Shown in pieces: positions 18,672 to 26,328 of a stretch of DNA of 64,000 bases. The position numbers and the translations under genes are program-made. Positions within the stretch are counted from its first letter, which is position 1. Every line of letters begins with the position of its first letter. Source of the DNA: Candidatus Coproplasma sp. (GTDB taxonomy: Bacteria; Bacillota; Clostridia; Christensenellales; Borkfalkiaceae); contig JBJEVD010000054.1 in NCBI GenBank assembly GCA_051884175.1, positions 2,294 to 66,293 of the forward strand, read 5' to 3'. The notes beneath the pieces are model-generated. The model was not told the DNA's origin. It ran no database searches and was given only the letters and a program-made list of their open reading frames with translations.

Positions 18672-18887
18672 ATGAAGACTAAAATTGCGCAGAATATAAG
18701 ATTTTACAGAAAACAACTCAACTTGACTCAGGAAGAGCTTGCCGCCAAGCTTTGCGGCAAAAAGAGCCTTATTTCCAATTACGAGAACGGCTACAGCACC
18801 CCCGATATCTACACGCTCTGCAAGCTTGCCGACATCTTCGATATAACGTTGGACGAGTTGGTGGAATGGGATAAAAGCGTAGACTAA
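18672..18887 (+). CDS. XRE-family helix-turn-helix transcriptional regulator
   Basis: IRFYRKQLNLTQEELAAKL...ISNYENG is a classic Cro/C1 HTH. The ATG at 18672 is preferred over the TTG at 18660. Confidence 0.8.
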   Translation: MKTKIAQNIRFYRKQLNLTQEELAAKLCGKKSLISNYENGYSTPDIYTLCKLADIFDITLDELVEWDKSVD

Positions 18888-18951
18888 CGGTAGCCGTGAA
18901 TAAAATTAACGTATAAAGATAAAAGCGCGTTGGAAAATTTTTCCGACGCGC

Positions 18952-19677
18952 TCAATTTTTTTCCGGCAAAAATTTCCAATACCGAACGGGCATATAACCC
19001 TTCATCTGCTTTTCGTGCGGTCGGGATAGGATGTTGACAGATTTATAGTACCGTTTCCACAAATCCTCGAAATACTTCTCGTATTCCGAAAGGTAAATTT
19101 CAGCGTCCTCGACCCTCGTCATAACAATCTCTTCCCCGTCGTACAGGGCAGCAATCTTCCTCTTCACGTCGTGTATGACGAATTTCTGTCCTCCAAGCCG
19201 TTCGGCAAAGTGTACGGATAGCATATCGGTTATATCGTTGTCGGGCGAATAGGGGGCGTACAGCACTCCGTCGGCATTCTCCATAAACCGCAAAAACCCC
19301 TTCATGCGGTGCGTTTCACCCGTAACTTTAGATATTGTATCCGTCGCCTCCAGCACTCTCGGGTCAGCCTGCATATTGCGCACCGCACCGCTGTTTTTTA
19401 CTATTAACTTTACGTAAGCGAAGGCAATGTTCTCTTTAAGCGGGTCGCAGCTTCTTAGCAGCAGTTTAACGTCGTTTAACGCACCTGCGTCCAATAGAGC
19501 AAGTTTTCGTCTTACCCGTTCAGCCTTTTGGCTGTCCGGTTTAACTTCAACAAGCTCACACCCCAGTCCCAGCTGAACGTCGCCCGAAGAAGTAATTATG
19601 CAGTCCTCGTTTTTATAGGCGTCAAAGACGGCTGTATAAAAGCCGTCCTTGGTGCCGTCTGTAATGTAATACGTCAT
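18952..19677 (-). CDS. TIGR03915/DUF4130-family probable DNA metabolism protein (partner of the radical SAM protein)
   Basis: 241 aa with the MTYYITDGTKDGFYTAVFDAY N-terminus. It overlaps the stop of the upstream radical SAM gene by 4 nt. I recognise this pairing as a conserved two-gene cassette. Confidence 0.72.
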   Translation of the reverse strand: MTYYITDGTKDGFYTAVFDAYKNEDCIITSSGDVQLGLGCELVEVKPDSQKAERVRRKLALLDAGALNDVKLLLRSCDPLKENIAFAYVKLIVKNSGAVRNMQADPRVLEATDTISKVTGETHRMKGFLRFMENADGVLYAPYSPDNDITDMLSVHFAERLGGQKFVIHDVKRKIAALYDGEEIVMTRVEDAEIYLSEYEKYFEDLWKRYYKSVNILSRPHEKQMKGYMPVRYWKFLPEKN

Positions 19678-20933
19678 ATCTCACCTGTAAGGGCAGAAAG
19701 CGCAACCGAAGGGGAGGAGAACATAGAAAGCTGTTCGGCGTTTTCGCCTCGCTCCTGTAACGTTAAAGATGCGTTGACCGTACTTACGTTATCCGAGCCG
19801 TAAAATTTCCCCTTGCAGGTAATAAAGTGTTTCGCCCTCTTAAGTATTATGCGCATTTTTGCAAGATTATCAAAGTCGAGGGCGGTATATTTTCTCGCCT
19901 CGGTAATGCGGTAGGCACCCCTCGCCCCGATACCCGGTACCCTTAAAAGGTTTTCAAGCGGTGCGGTGTTGACCTCCACGGGAAACAGCTCCATATGCCT
20001 TAACGCCCAGGCGCACTTGGGGTCAAGCTCGGGGGAAAGGTTTTCGCCCTCGCCGCATATCTCGTCTACGTTAAATCCGTAAAAGCGTATCAGCCAATCG
20101 GCTTGATACAGCCTGTGTTCCCTTAAAAGTCCGGCCCCGACCTGCGGCAGTTTGTCGCTTTGAACGACGGGGATATAGGAGGAGTAGTACACCCTCTTCA
20201 GTCCCATACGTCGGTACAGTGCCTCGGTAAGCCGCAAAATCTGTCCGTCGCTCTCGGGCGAGGCACCTACAATCATCTGCGTTGTCTGCCCTGCAGGTAT
20301 AACCCTGTGACTGTGCTTAACCTTGTTTTCCTTGTCATAGCAAATCGCCTCGCTCAGCTTTTTCATAGGCAAAAGCAAGCTGTCCTTGGTCTTTTGCGGT
20401 GCAAGCAGCTTAAGCGATTTTTCGCTGGGCAATTCGACGTTAAAGCTCATTCTGTCCACGTATTTTGCCGCCCGCATGATGAGTGCGTCGTCGGCGTGGG
20501 GTATGCCCTTCAGATGAATATACCCGTTAAAATTGTAAATCTTTCTAAGTTTTATAACCGTGTCGGTGAGTAGTTCCATAGTGCGGTTAGGCGAAGAGAA
20601 CACCGCAGAGGAGAGGAACAGCCCCTCGATATAATTTCGTTTGTAAAAGTTAATAGTCAGCTCGCAGATCTCGTCGGGTGTAATCGTCGCCCTTGCTACG
20701 TCCGCGCTGCGCCTGTTCGGACAGTATTCGCAGTCGTACAGGCAGGCGTTGCTCATTAAAATTTTCAAAAGGGATATACATCTTCCGTCGGGGGTAAAGG
20801 AGTGACAAATTCCCCCAACGGAAGCGTTACCCAATCCCCCTTTCGTGTTCACCCGTTTTGAACCCGAAGAGGAGCAGGAGACGTCGTACTTCGCGCTTTC
20901 GGTCAATATTTCAAGTCTGTTTGCGTCAAGCAT
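19674..20933 (-). CDS. Putative DNA modification/repair radical SAM protein (TIGR03916-like) with a C-terminal helix-hairpin-helix
   Basis: A CLYDCEYCPNRR (CxxxCxxC) motif is present, and LLRVPGIGARGAYRI is HhH-like. AGAGGAAG precedes the ATG at 20933. The longer track ORF (to 20981) would run through the promoter and operator. Confidence 0.8.
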   Translation of the reverse strand: MLDANRLEILTESAKYDVSCSSSGSKRVNTKGGLGNASVGGICHSFTPDGRCISLLKILMSNACLYDCEYCPNRRSADVARATITPDEICELTINFYKRNYIEGLFLSSAVFSSPNRTMELLTDTVIKLRKIYNFNGYIHLKGIPHADDALIMRAAKYVDRMSFNVELPSEKSLKLLAPQKTKDSLLLPMKKLSEAICYDKENKVKHSHRVIPAGQTTQMIVGASPESDGQILRLTEALYRRMGLKRVYYSSYIPVVQSDKLPQVGAGLLREHRLYQADWLIRFYGFNVDEICGEGENLSPELDPKCAWALRHMELFPVEVNTAPLENLLRVPGIGARGAYRITEARKYTALDFDNLAKMRIILKRAKHFITCKGKFYGSDNVSTVNASLTLQERGENAEQLSMFSSPSVALSALTGEI

Positions 20934-20948
20934 ATCTTCGCTTCCTCT

Positions 20949-20964
20949 ACAAACATATGTTTGT
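20949..20964. promoter_or_regulatory. Perfect 16-bp palindrome ACAAACATATGTTTGT, a candidate operator (LexA-box-like)
   Basis: It lies between the predicted -10 and the RBS of the radical SAM operon. It resembles the Gram-positive SOS box CGAACATATGTTCG, with AAAC/GTTT arms. Confidence 0.5.
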
Positions 20965-20971
20965 ATTGAAT

Positions 20972-21000
20972 ATGATATCACATAAAAACAGCTTTGTCAA
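20972..21000 (-). promoter_or_regulatory. Sigma-A-type promoter for the radical SAM operon
   Basis: On the minus strand: TTGACA (21000-20995), a 17-nt spacer, then TATCAT (20977-20972) with a TG extension. Confidence 0.55.
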
Positions 21001-21105
21001 CCTAATAAATAAAAAAAATTTTTAAACTTTCACTAATTTTTCATTAATACACCCTTTTTTTATTACTAAAACGGGTGTATAATTAAATAAAGGCAGGTTA
21101 ATATT

Positions 21106-21771
21106 ATGAAAGTACTTATTGTAGACGACGAAGAGATGATAAGAGGCGTTTTGAAGGAATACGTCGAGTTCGAGGGCAACGAGGCATACGAGGCGGCCGA
21201 CGGTATGGAAGCTGTAAGAATGTGCAAGGAAACCGACTTCGACGTCATTTTAATGGACGTTATGATGCCCCGTTTAGACGGGTTCTCTGCCGTCAAGGAG
21301 ATCAAAAAGAGCAAGGACGTTCCCGTAATAATGCTCTCTGCAAGGGGGGAGGAGTACGATAAACTCTTCGGCTTTGAAATAGGTGTAGACGACTACGTCA
21401 CCAAGCCTTTCTCGCCTAAAGAGGTTATGGCGAGAATAAACGTCGTAACCAAGCGTAAGCAGCAAAAGGACGAGACGGGCGATAAGGTTACGTTCGAGGG
21501 GTTAACCGTCGATATGGCAGGCAGAAACGTATTCGTCGACGGCGAAAAGATTGATTTAACGCCCAAGGAGTACGACATACTCTTCTACTTCATCAAGAAC
21601 AAGGGCATTGCATTGACGAGGGAAAAGCTTCTATACGACGTATGGGGGTTTGACTTCTACGGTGACGACAGAACTGTAGACACACACATAAAGATGCTCA
21701 GGGCGAATTTAAAGCAGTACCGCAAATTTATCGTAACCTTAAGGGGGGTTGGCTATAAGTTCGAAGTCTGA
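21106..21771 (+). CDS. OmpR/PhoB-family response regulator
   Basis: The receiver domain has DD...D...K, and the winged-helix C-terminus reads LRGVGYKF. Confidence 0.9.
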   Translation: MKVLIVDDEEMIRGVLKEYVEFEGNEAYEAADGMEAVRMCKETDFDVILMDVMMPRLDGFSAVKEIKKSKDVPVIMLSARGEEYDKLFGFEIGVDDYVTKPFSPKEVMARINVVTKRKQQKDETGDKVTFEGLTVDMAGRNVFVDGEKIDLTPKEYDILFYFIKNKGIALTREKLLYDVWGFDFYGDDRTVDTHIKMLRANLKQYRKFIVTLRGVGYKFEV

Positions 21772-23218
21772 GGGGAAGAAGTTACCCTTAAAACCTAAAA
21801 AAATATATAGAACAAACGTCATTCTATGGCGATATTTTGCCCTGTTTACGTTTGGTATAGTAGCCGTAATTTCGTTAGTATTTTACGGCTTTTTGTCGAG
21901 CATGGGTATGGAAGGCGCAGAAAAGAGGGTACAGTCCGTAAGTTCGGATATTGCCGAAAGAATTACCGCGCCGGACGTAACAGAAGAACAGCTGCAGAGC
22001 ATTGTATACGAGTACGCCCTTACGGAAGGCGTTTCCACCTTCCTCTTTGACGAAAGCGGCAACGATATATTAAACGTCGGTCATCTCAGCGAGGAGACCG
22101 TTCAGACGATTTACGCTTCTGTAAACGAGAGAGTACCCGATTGGAAGGCGGGGAAGGTATACGACTTCTCTACGCAATATAATAATAGGGTAGCCTATAA
22201 CGTAGTAATCTGTCTTACCTTTCAAGGTCAAAGTGCAAAGCTGGTTGCGCGTTACCCCGTAGGTCCCGTAGCGGCTTCCGTATCGAGGGTGGAAATAATC
22301 CTCGTTATCATTGCCCTTTCGGCTGTTATTATTGCATTTTTCATATCGTATACGCTGTCAAAAAAGCTATCGTCGCCGTTAAGGGAGATTTCAAGCACGG
22401 CTAAAAAGCTGGCAAGCGGCGACTACTCCGTGCAGTTTACCTCCGCGCAGTATGCTGAAATTGCCACCCTTTCCGACAGTTTAAACTATATGAAGGACGA
22501 GATGAAGAAGTCCGACGATTTCAGAAAGGAACTTCTCGCCAACACTACACACGACTTGAAAACGCCACTCACGATGATTAAGGCGTATGCCTCTATGATA
22601 AAGGAAATTTCGGGTGACGACAAGGTTAAAAGGGAAAAACACCTGCAGGTAATCATAGACGAGTCGGATAGGCTTACGGGTCTTGTAAACGATATTTTAA
22701 ACACGTCTAAGATAAGCTCGGGATTGCAGGACTTAAATATAAAGGTTTTCAACCTGACCGACTTAATCTACAGTGTAATAAATAAATTTTCATATTTGCA
22801 GGACACGCAGGGTTACTCCATAATGGTGGACGTAGACCCCAATATGTACACTTCGGGCGACGAGGAAAAACTGTATCAAGTAATTTACAACCTTGTGTCA
22901 AACGCCATAAATTATACGGGTGAGGACAAGACGGTTTACGTGTCGTTAAAGTACGTTCCTAAGACCAACCATATCAACTTCTCCGTGCGTGACACAGGCA
23001 AGGGTATAGGAGAAGAGGAGCTTGCCCATATCTGGGATAGATACTATAGAAGTAAGGACAGCCACACGCGCCCTGTAAAGGGTACGGGTCTGGGTTTGAA
23101 CATAGTAAAAATTATTATGGAAAACCATAAATTCAGCTACGGTGTAACCTCCAAAGAGGGCGAAGGCTCTACCTTCTACGTCAACTTCCCCTACGTTCCC
23201 TCCACGCCTGAACAATAA
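21749..23218 (+). CDS. Sensor histidine kinase (two TM helices, HAMP, HisKA, HATPase_c)
   Basis: The H-box THDLKTPL, an N-box (SNAINYT) and the G-boxes DTGKGI and GTGLGL are present. The TTG start overlaps the end of the response regulator gene, and the exact start is uncertain. Confidence 0.87.
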   Translation: MAISSKSEGKKLPLKPKKIYRTNVILWRYFALFTFGIVAVISLVFYGFLSSMGMEGAEKRVQSVSSDIAERITAPDVTEEQLQSIVYEYALTEGVSTFLFDESGNDILNVGHLSEETVQTIYASVNERVPDWKAGKVYDFSTQYNNRVAYNVVICLTFQGQSAKLVARYPVGPVAASVSRVEIILVIIALSAVIIAFFISYTLSKKLSSPLREISSTAKKLASGDYSVQFTSAQYAEIATLSDSLNYMKDEMKKSDDFRKELLANTTHDLKTPLTMIKAYASMIKEISGDDKVKREKHLQVIIDESDRLTGLVNDILNTSKISSGLQDLNIKVFNLTDLIYSVINKFSYLQDTQGYSIMVDVDPNMYTSGDEEKLYQVIYNLVSNAINYTGEDKTVYVSLKYVPKTNHINFSVRDTGKGIGEEELAHIWDRYYRSKDSHTRPVKGTGLGLNIVKIIMENHKFSYGVTSKEGEGSTFYVNFPYVPSTPEQ

Positions 23219-23241
23219 CGGCGCATATAAATAACAGTCAC

Positions 23242-23275
23242 AACCGACGGAAAATTCTTCCGTCGGTTTGCTTTT
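23242..23275 (+). terminator. Intrinsic terminator after the kinase gene
   Basis: AACCGACGGAA pairs with TTCCGTCGGTT and is followed by TGCTTTT. Confidence 0.65.
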
Positions 23276-23302
23276 ACTTCGTCGGCGTGTTATAATACGG
23301 CT

Positions 23303-24004
23303 ATGAAAGAAGAATTTACAAGAACTGCCCTCGTCTTGGGCGAGGAGAATATTGAAAGGTTGTCTCTCTGCCGTGTAGCCGTTTTCGGCTTGGGCGGAGT
23401 CGGCGGCTACGCCGTGGAGTGCCTTGCCCGTATCGGTATAGGGACTCTCGATTTGTTCGACGGGGACGTCTTTTCGTTAAGCAATATTAACCGTCAGATT
23501 TTGGCTGTACAGTCGAGTATAGGTGTGTTAAAAACGCAGGCTGCCGTGCAGCGGATAAAGTCGATTAACCCCGACATATGTGCCAACGAACACCCTTTTT
23601 TCTTCAACGAGCAGACTAAAAACGAGGTTGATTTTTCAGCCTTTGATTACGTCATAGACGCCATAGACGACGTGGGCGCAAAGATACTGCTTGCCGTCTG
23701 CTGCAAAGAGGCAAATACGCCTTTAATCTCCTGTATGGGTACGGGCAACAAGCTCAACCCCATGGGCTTTAAGGTTGCCGATATCTATAAGACCAAGGTC
23801 TGCCCCCTTGCAAGGGTAATGAGAAGGGAGTTAAAGGCAAAGGGAATTGAGAGGTTAAAGGTCGTCTATTCGGAAGAGGAGTCCACAACGGCGGTAATAT
23901 GCGAGGGCGGCAGGCATATTCCCGGTTCGGTATCATTTGTTCCCCCTGCTGCAGGACTTCTGCTCGCCGCCGAGACGGTTAAGGATTTGATAAATAAAAT
24001 CTGA
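23303..24004 (+). CDS. tcdA: tRNA threonylcarbamoyladenosine dehydratase (ThiF/MoeB-like E1 fold)
   Basis: GLGGVGG nucleotide loop, NINRQ motif, about 233 aa. Confidence 0.82.
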   Translation: MKEEFTRTALVLGEENIERLSLCRVAVFGLGGVGGYAVECLARIGIGTLDLFDGDVFSLSNINRQILAVQSSIGVLKTQAAVQRIKSINPDICANEHPFFFNEQTKNEVDFSAFDYVIDAIDDVGAKILLAVCCKEANTPLISCMGTGNKLNPMGFKVADIYKTKVCPLARVMRRELKAKGIERLKVVYSEEESTTAVICEGGRHIPGSVSFVPPAAGLLLAAETVKDLINKI

Positions 24005-24037
24005 TATAACCAACTTAAATAACCCTATCTCAAACAT

Positions 24038-24066
24038 TTGCTTTTTTGCAACGGTTGATATATAAT
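24038..24066 (+). promoter_or_regulatory. Sigma-A-type promoter for uvrB
   Basis: TTGCTT, a 17-nt spacer, then TATAAT. The palindrome AAACTTTTGTTT follows at 24080-24091. Confidence 0.55.
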
Positions 24067-24099
24067 AGAGTAAATTAAAAAACTTTTGTTTATATACAT

Positions 24100-26073
24100 A
24101 TGTCAGTACAATTCAAGCTTCATTCAAAATACAAGCCTACGGGTGATCAACCCCAGGCAATAGAAAAGCTCGTCGAGGGTGTAAAGGACGGTATCCGTAC
24201 GCAGGTACTTTTAGGCGTTACGGGTTCGGGCAAGACCTTTACCATGGCTAACGTCATAAAGGAGGTGGGTCGCCCTGCCTTAGTCATTGCCCACAACAAG
24301 ACGCTGGCGGCACAGCTCTGCAACGAGTTCAAGGAGTTCTTCCCCGAAAACAGGGTGGAGTACTTCGTATCCTACTACGACTATTACCAGCCCGAGAGCT
24401 ATATCCCTTCCACCGACACCTATATCGAAAAGGATATGAGTTTAAACGACGAGATAGACAAACTGAGAAACTCCGCAACCAGCTCTTTAGGCGAGAGGGA
24501 GGACGTCATAGTCGTAGCCTCTGTCTCCTGCATATACGGCTTAGGCGCACCCGAGGAGTACTTCCGCCTCGCCATTTCTCTGCGACCCGGCGACGAGATG
24601 GAGAGGGATGAACTTTTAAGAAAACTTGTAGAAATTCAGTATCAACGCAACGATACCGACTTTCACCGTTCCTGCTTCAGGGTAAGAGGGGATATAGTAG
24701 AAATCTTCCCTGCAAGCAATTCCGAAATTGCGGTCAGGGTGGAGTTCTTCGGCGACGAGATAGACAGGATTTGCGAAACTGACGCCTTAACGGGCAATAT
24801 ACTTTCGGAATTAAAGCACGTTTTAATCTTTCCTGCCAGTCAATACGCAGTGGGCAGCGAAAAGATGAAGCTTGCTCTGTCTATGATAGAGACGGATATG
24901 AATAACGAGGTCACTGCATTCCGAAACGAAGGTAAGCTGTTGGAAGCTCAACGCCTTGAACAGCGTACCCGTTTCGATTTGGAGATGATGAAAGAAATAG
25001 GTTATTGCTCTGGAATTGAGAACTATTCCCGTTACTTTGACGGCAGAAGTCCGGGCGAACCGTCGTTCACGCTCCTCGACTACTTCCCCGACAACTTCTT
25101 AGTCTTTATAGACGAAAGCCATATGACCATACCGCAGATAAGGGCAATGTACCACGGCGATAAGTCGAGAAAGGACAACTTGGTTGGTTACGGTTTCCGT
25201 CTGCAATCGGCATACGACAACCGCCCCTTGACCTTTGAAGAATTCGACGCGAGGGTACCCCAGCTAATCTGCGTCTCCGCAACCCCTGCCCCTTACGAGC
25301 TGGAGCAGTCGGGTCAGACGGTGGAGCAGCTCATTCGCCCCACAGGTCTATTAGACCCCGAAATTTTCGTTCGACCCACCAAGAACCAGATAGACGATTT
25401 ACTGGGTGAAATAAACACCGTAACCGCTCAAAAGGGTAAAATACTCGTAACCACGATGACCAAGCGCATGGCAGAGAGCTTAACCGACTATTTAAAGGAG
25501 CACGGCAAACGTGTGCGCTATATGCATTCGGATATAGACGCCCTTGAGAGAATAGATATAATCAACGGCTTAAGGGGTGACGAGTTCGATATTCTCTGCG
25601 GAATAAACCTGTTAAGAGAGGGGTTGGACCTACCCGAAGTTAAATTAGTCGCCATACTCGACGCCGACAAGGAGGGCTTTCTGCGCAGCGAAACGGCATT
25701 AGTGCAGACGATAGGCAGGGCGGCAAGAAACGCAGAGGGCAGGGTAATAATGTACGCCGACGTAATAACGGGCAGTATGCAGAGGGCTATTGACGAAACG
25801 GCACGCCGCCGCAAGGTACAGGACGAGTACAACAAAGCCCACGGCATAACGCCCAAGACGATAATCAAAGAGGAGAAGATATCCCTCGGCATAACCAGCA
25901 AGAAGAGCAGCGCAGACGATATCAAGCTTAACGACATTCCCGCCGAAATAGAGAAGTTAAAGGCACTTATGAAAGTGGCTTCCGCACAGCTCGATTTTGA
26001 AAGGGCGATAGAAATCCGCGATACCATTGCACAGCTCAGGAAAAAGCTTTTAAAGGCAAAGAAGAGCTGGTAG
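24100..26073 (+). CDS. uvrB: Excinuclease ABC subunit B
   Basis: 657 aa with GVTGSGKTF, helicase motifs and a C-terminal UVR domain. Confidence 0.96.
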   Translation: MSVQFKLHSKYKPTGDQPQAIEKLVEGVKDGIRTQVLLGVTGSGKTFTMANVIKEVGRPALVIAHNKTLAAQLCNEFKEFFPENRVEYFVSYYDYYQPESYIPSTDTYIEKDMSLNDEIDKLRNSATSSLGEREDVIVVASVSCIYGLGAPEEYFRLAISLRPGDEMERDELLRKLVEIQYQRNDTDFHRSCFRVRGDIVEIFPASNSEIAVRVEFFGDEIDRICETDALTGNILSELKHVLIFPASQYAVGSEKMKLALSMIETDMNNEVTAFRNEGKLLEAQRLEQRTRFDLEMMKEIGYCSGIENYSRYFDGRSPGEPSFTLLDYFPDNFLVFIDESHMTIPQIRAMYHGDKSRKDNLVGYGFRLQSAYDNRPLTFEEFDARVPQLICVSATPAPYELEQSGQTVEQLIRPTGLLDPEIFVRPTKNQIDDLLGEINTVTAQKGKILVTTMTKRMAESLTDYLKEHGKRVRYMHSDIDALERIDIINGLRGDEFDILCGINLLREGLDLPEVKLVAILDADKEGFLRSETALVQTIGRAARNAEGRVIMYADVITGSMQRAIDETARRRKVQDEYNKAHGITPKTIIKEEKISLGITSKKSSADDIKLNDIPAEIEKLKALMKVASAQLDFERAIEIRDTIAQLRKKLLKAKKSW

Positions 26074-26091
26074 ACGAAACTATCTCCATTC

Positions 26092-26280
26092 CTAATTTCT
26101 TGAATGAACCTTTTTGCCCCTGTCGGCGTTGAGCGGTTTTGACGTACGTCCGTGTACGCCTGCAACCACTCGCCTTGACAGATGACAAAAATTTTCTATT
26201 CAAGACGCTTTGCGGTTCTAAACAAAAAAAGCTTTTAGTAGAACTACTTATGAATTAATTAAAAATTTTTCTGTTTAGAA
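26092..26280. repeat. Copy B of the two-hairpin intergenic element (copy A at 6164-6348)
   Basis: It has the same order of blocks as copy A. The long hairpin spans 26099-26204. In the second hairpin, 26216-26230 pairs with 26266-26280. Arm sequences differ from copy A but remain complementary. Confidence 0.8.
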
Positions 26281-26328
26281 CAATTATTAATGAAAATAAT
26301 TTCGTCTATACACACAAACTTAATTAAT

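Noticed and set aside
25518-26165. A 215-aa minus-strand ORF spanning the uvrB 3' end and the intergenic repeat.
   Set aside because: It is antisense to the well-supported uvrB. It is low-complexity and Ser/Ile/Ala-rich, and it starts inside the non-coding repeat element. It is typical shadow-frame noise.
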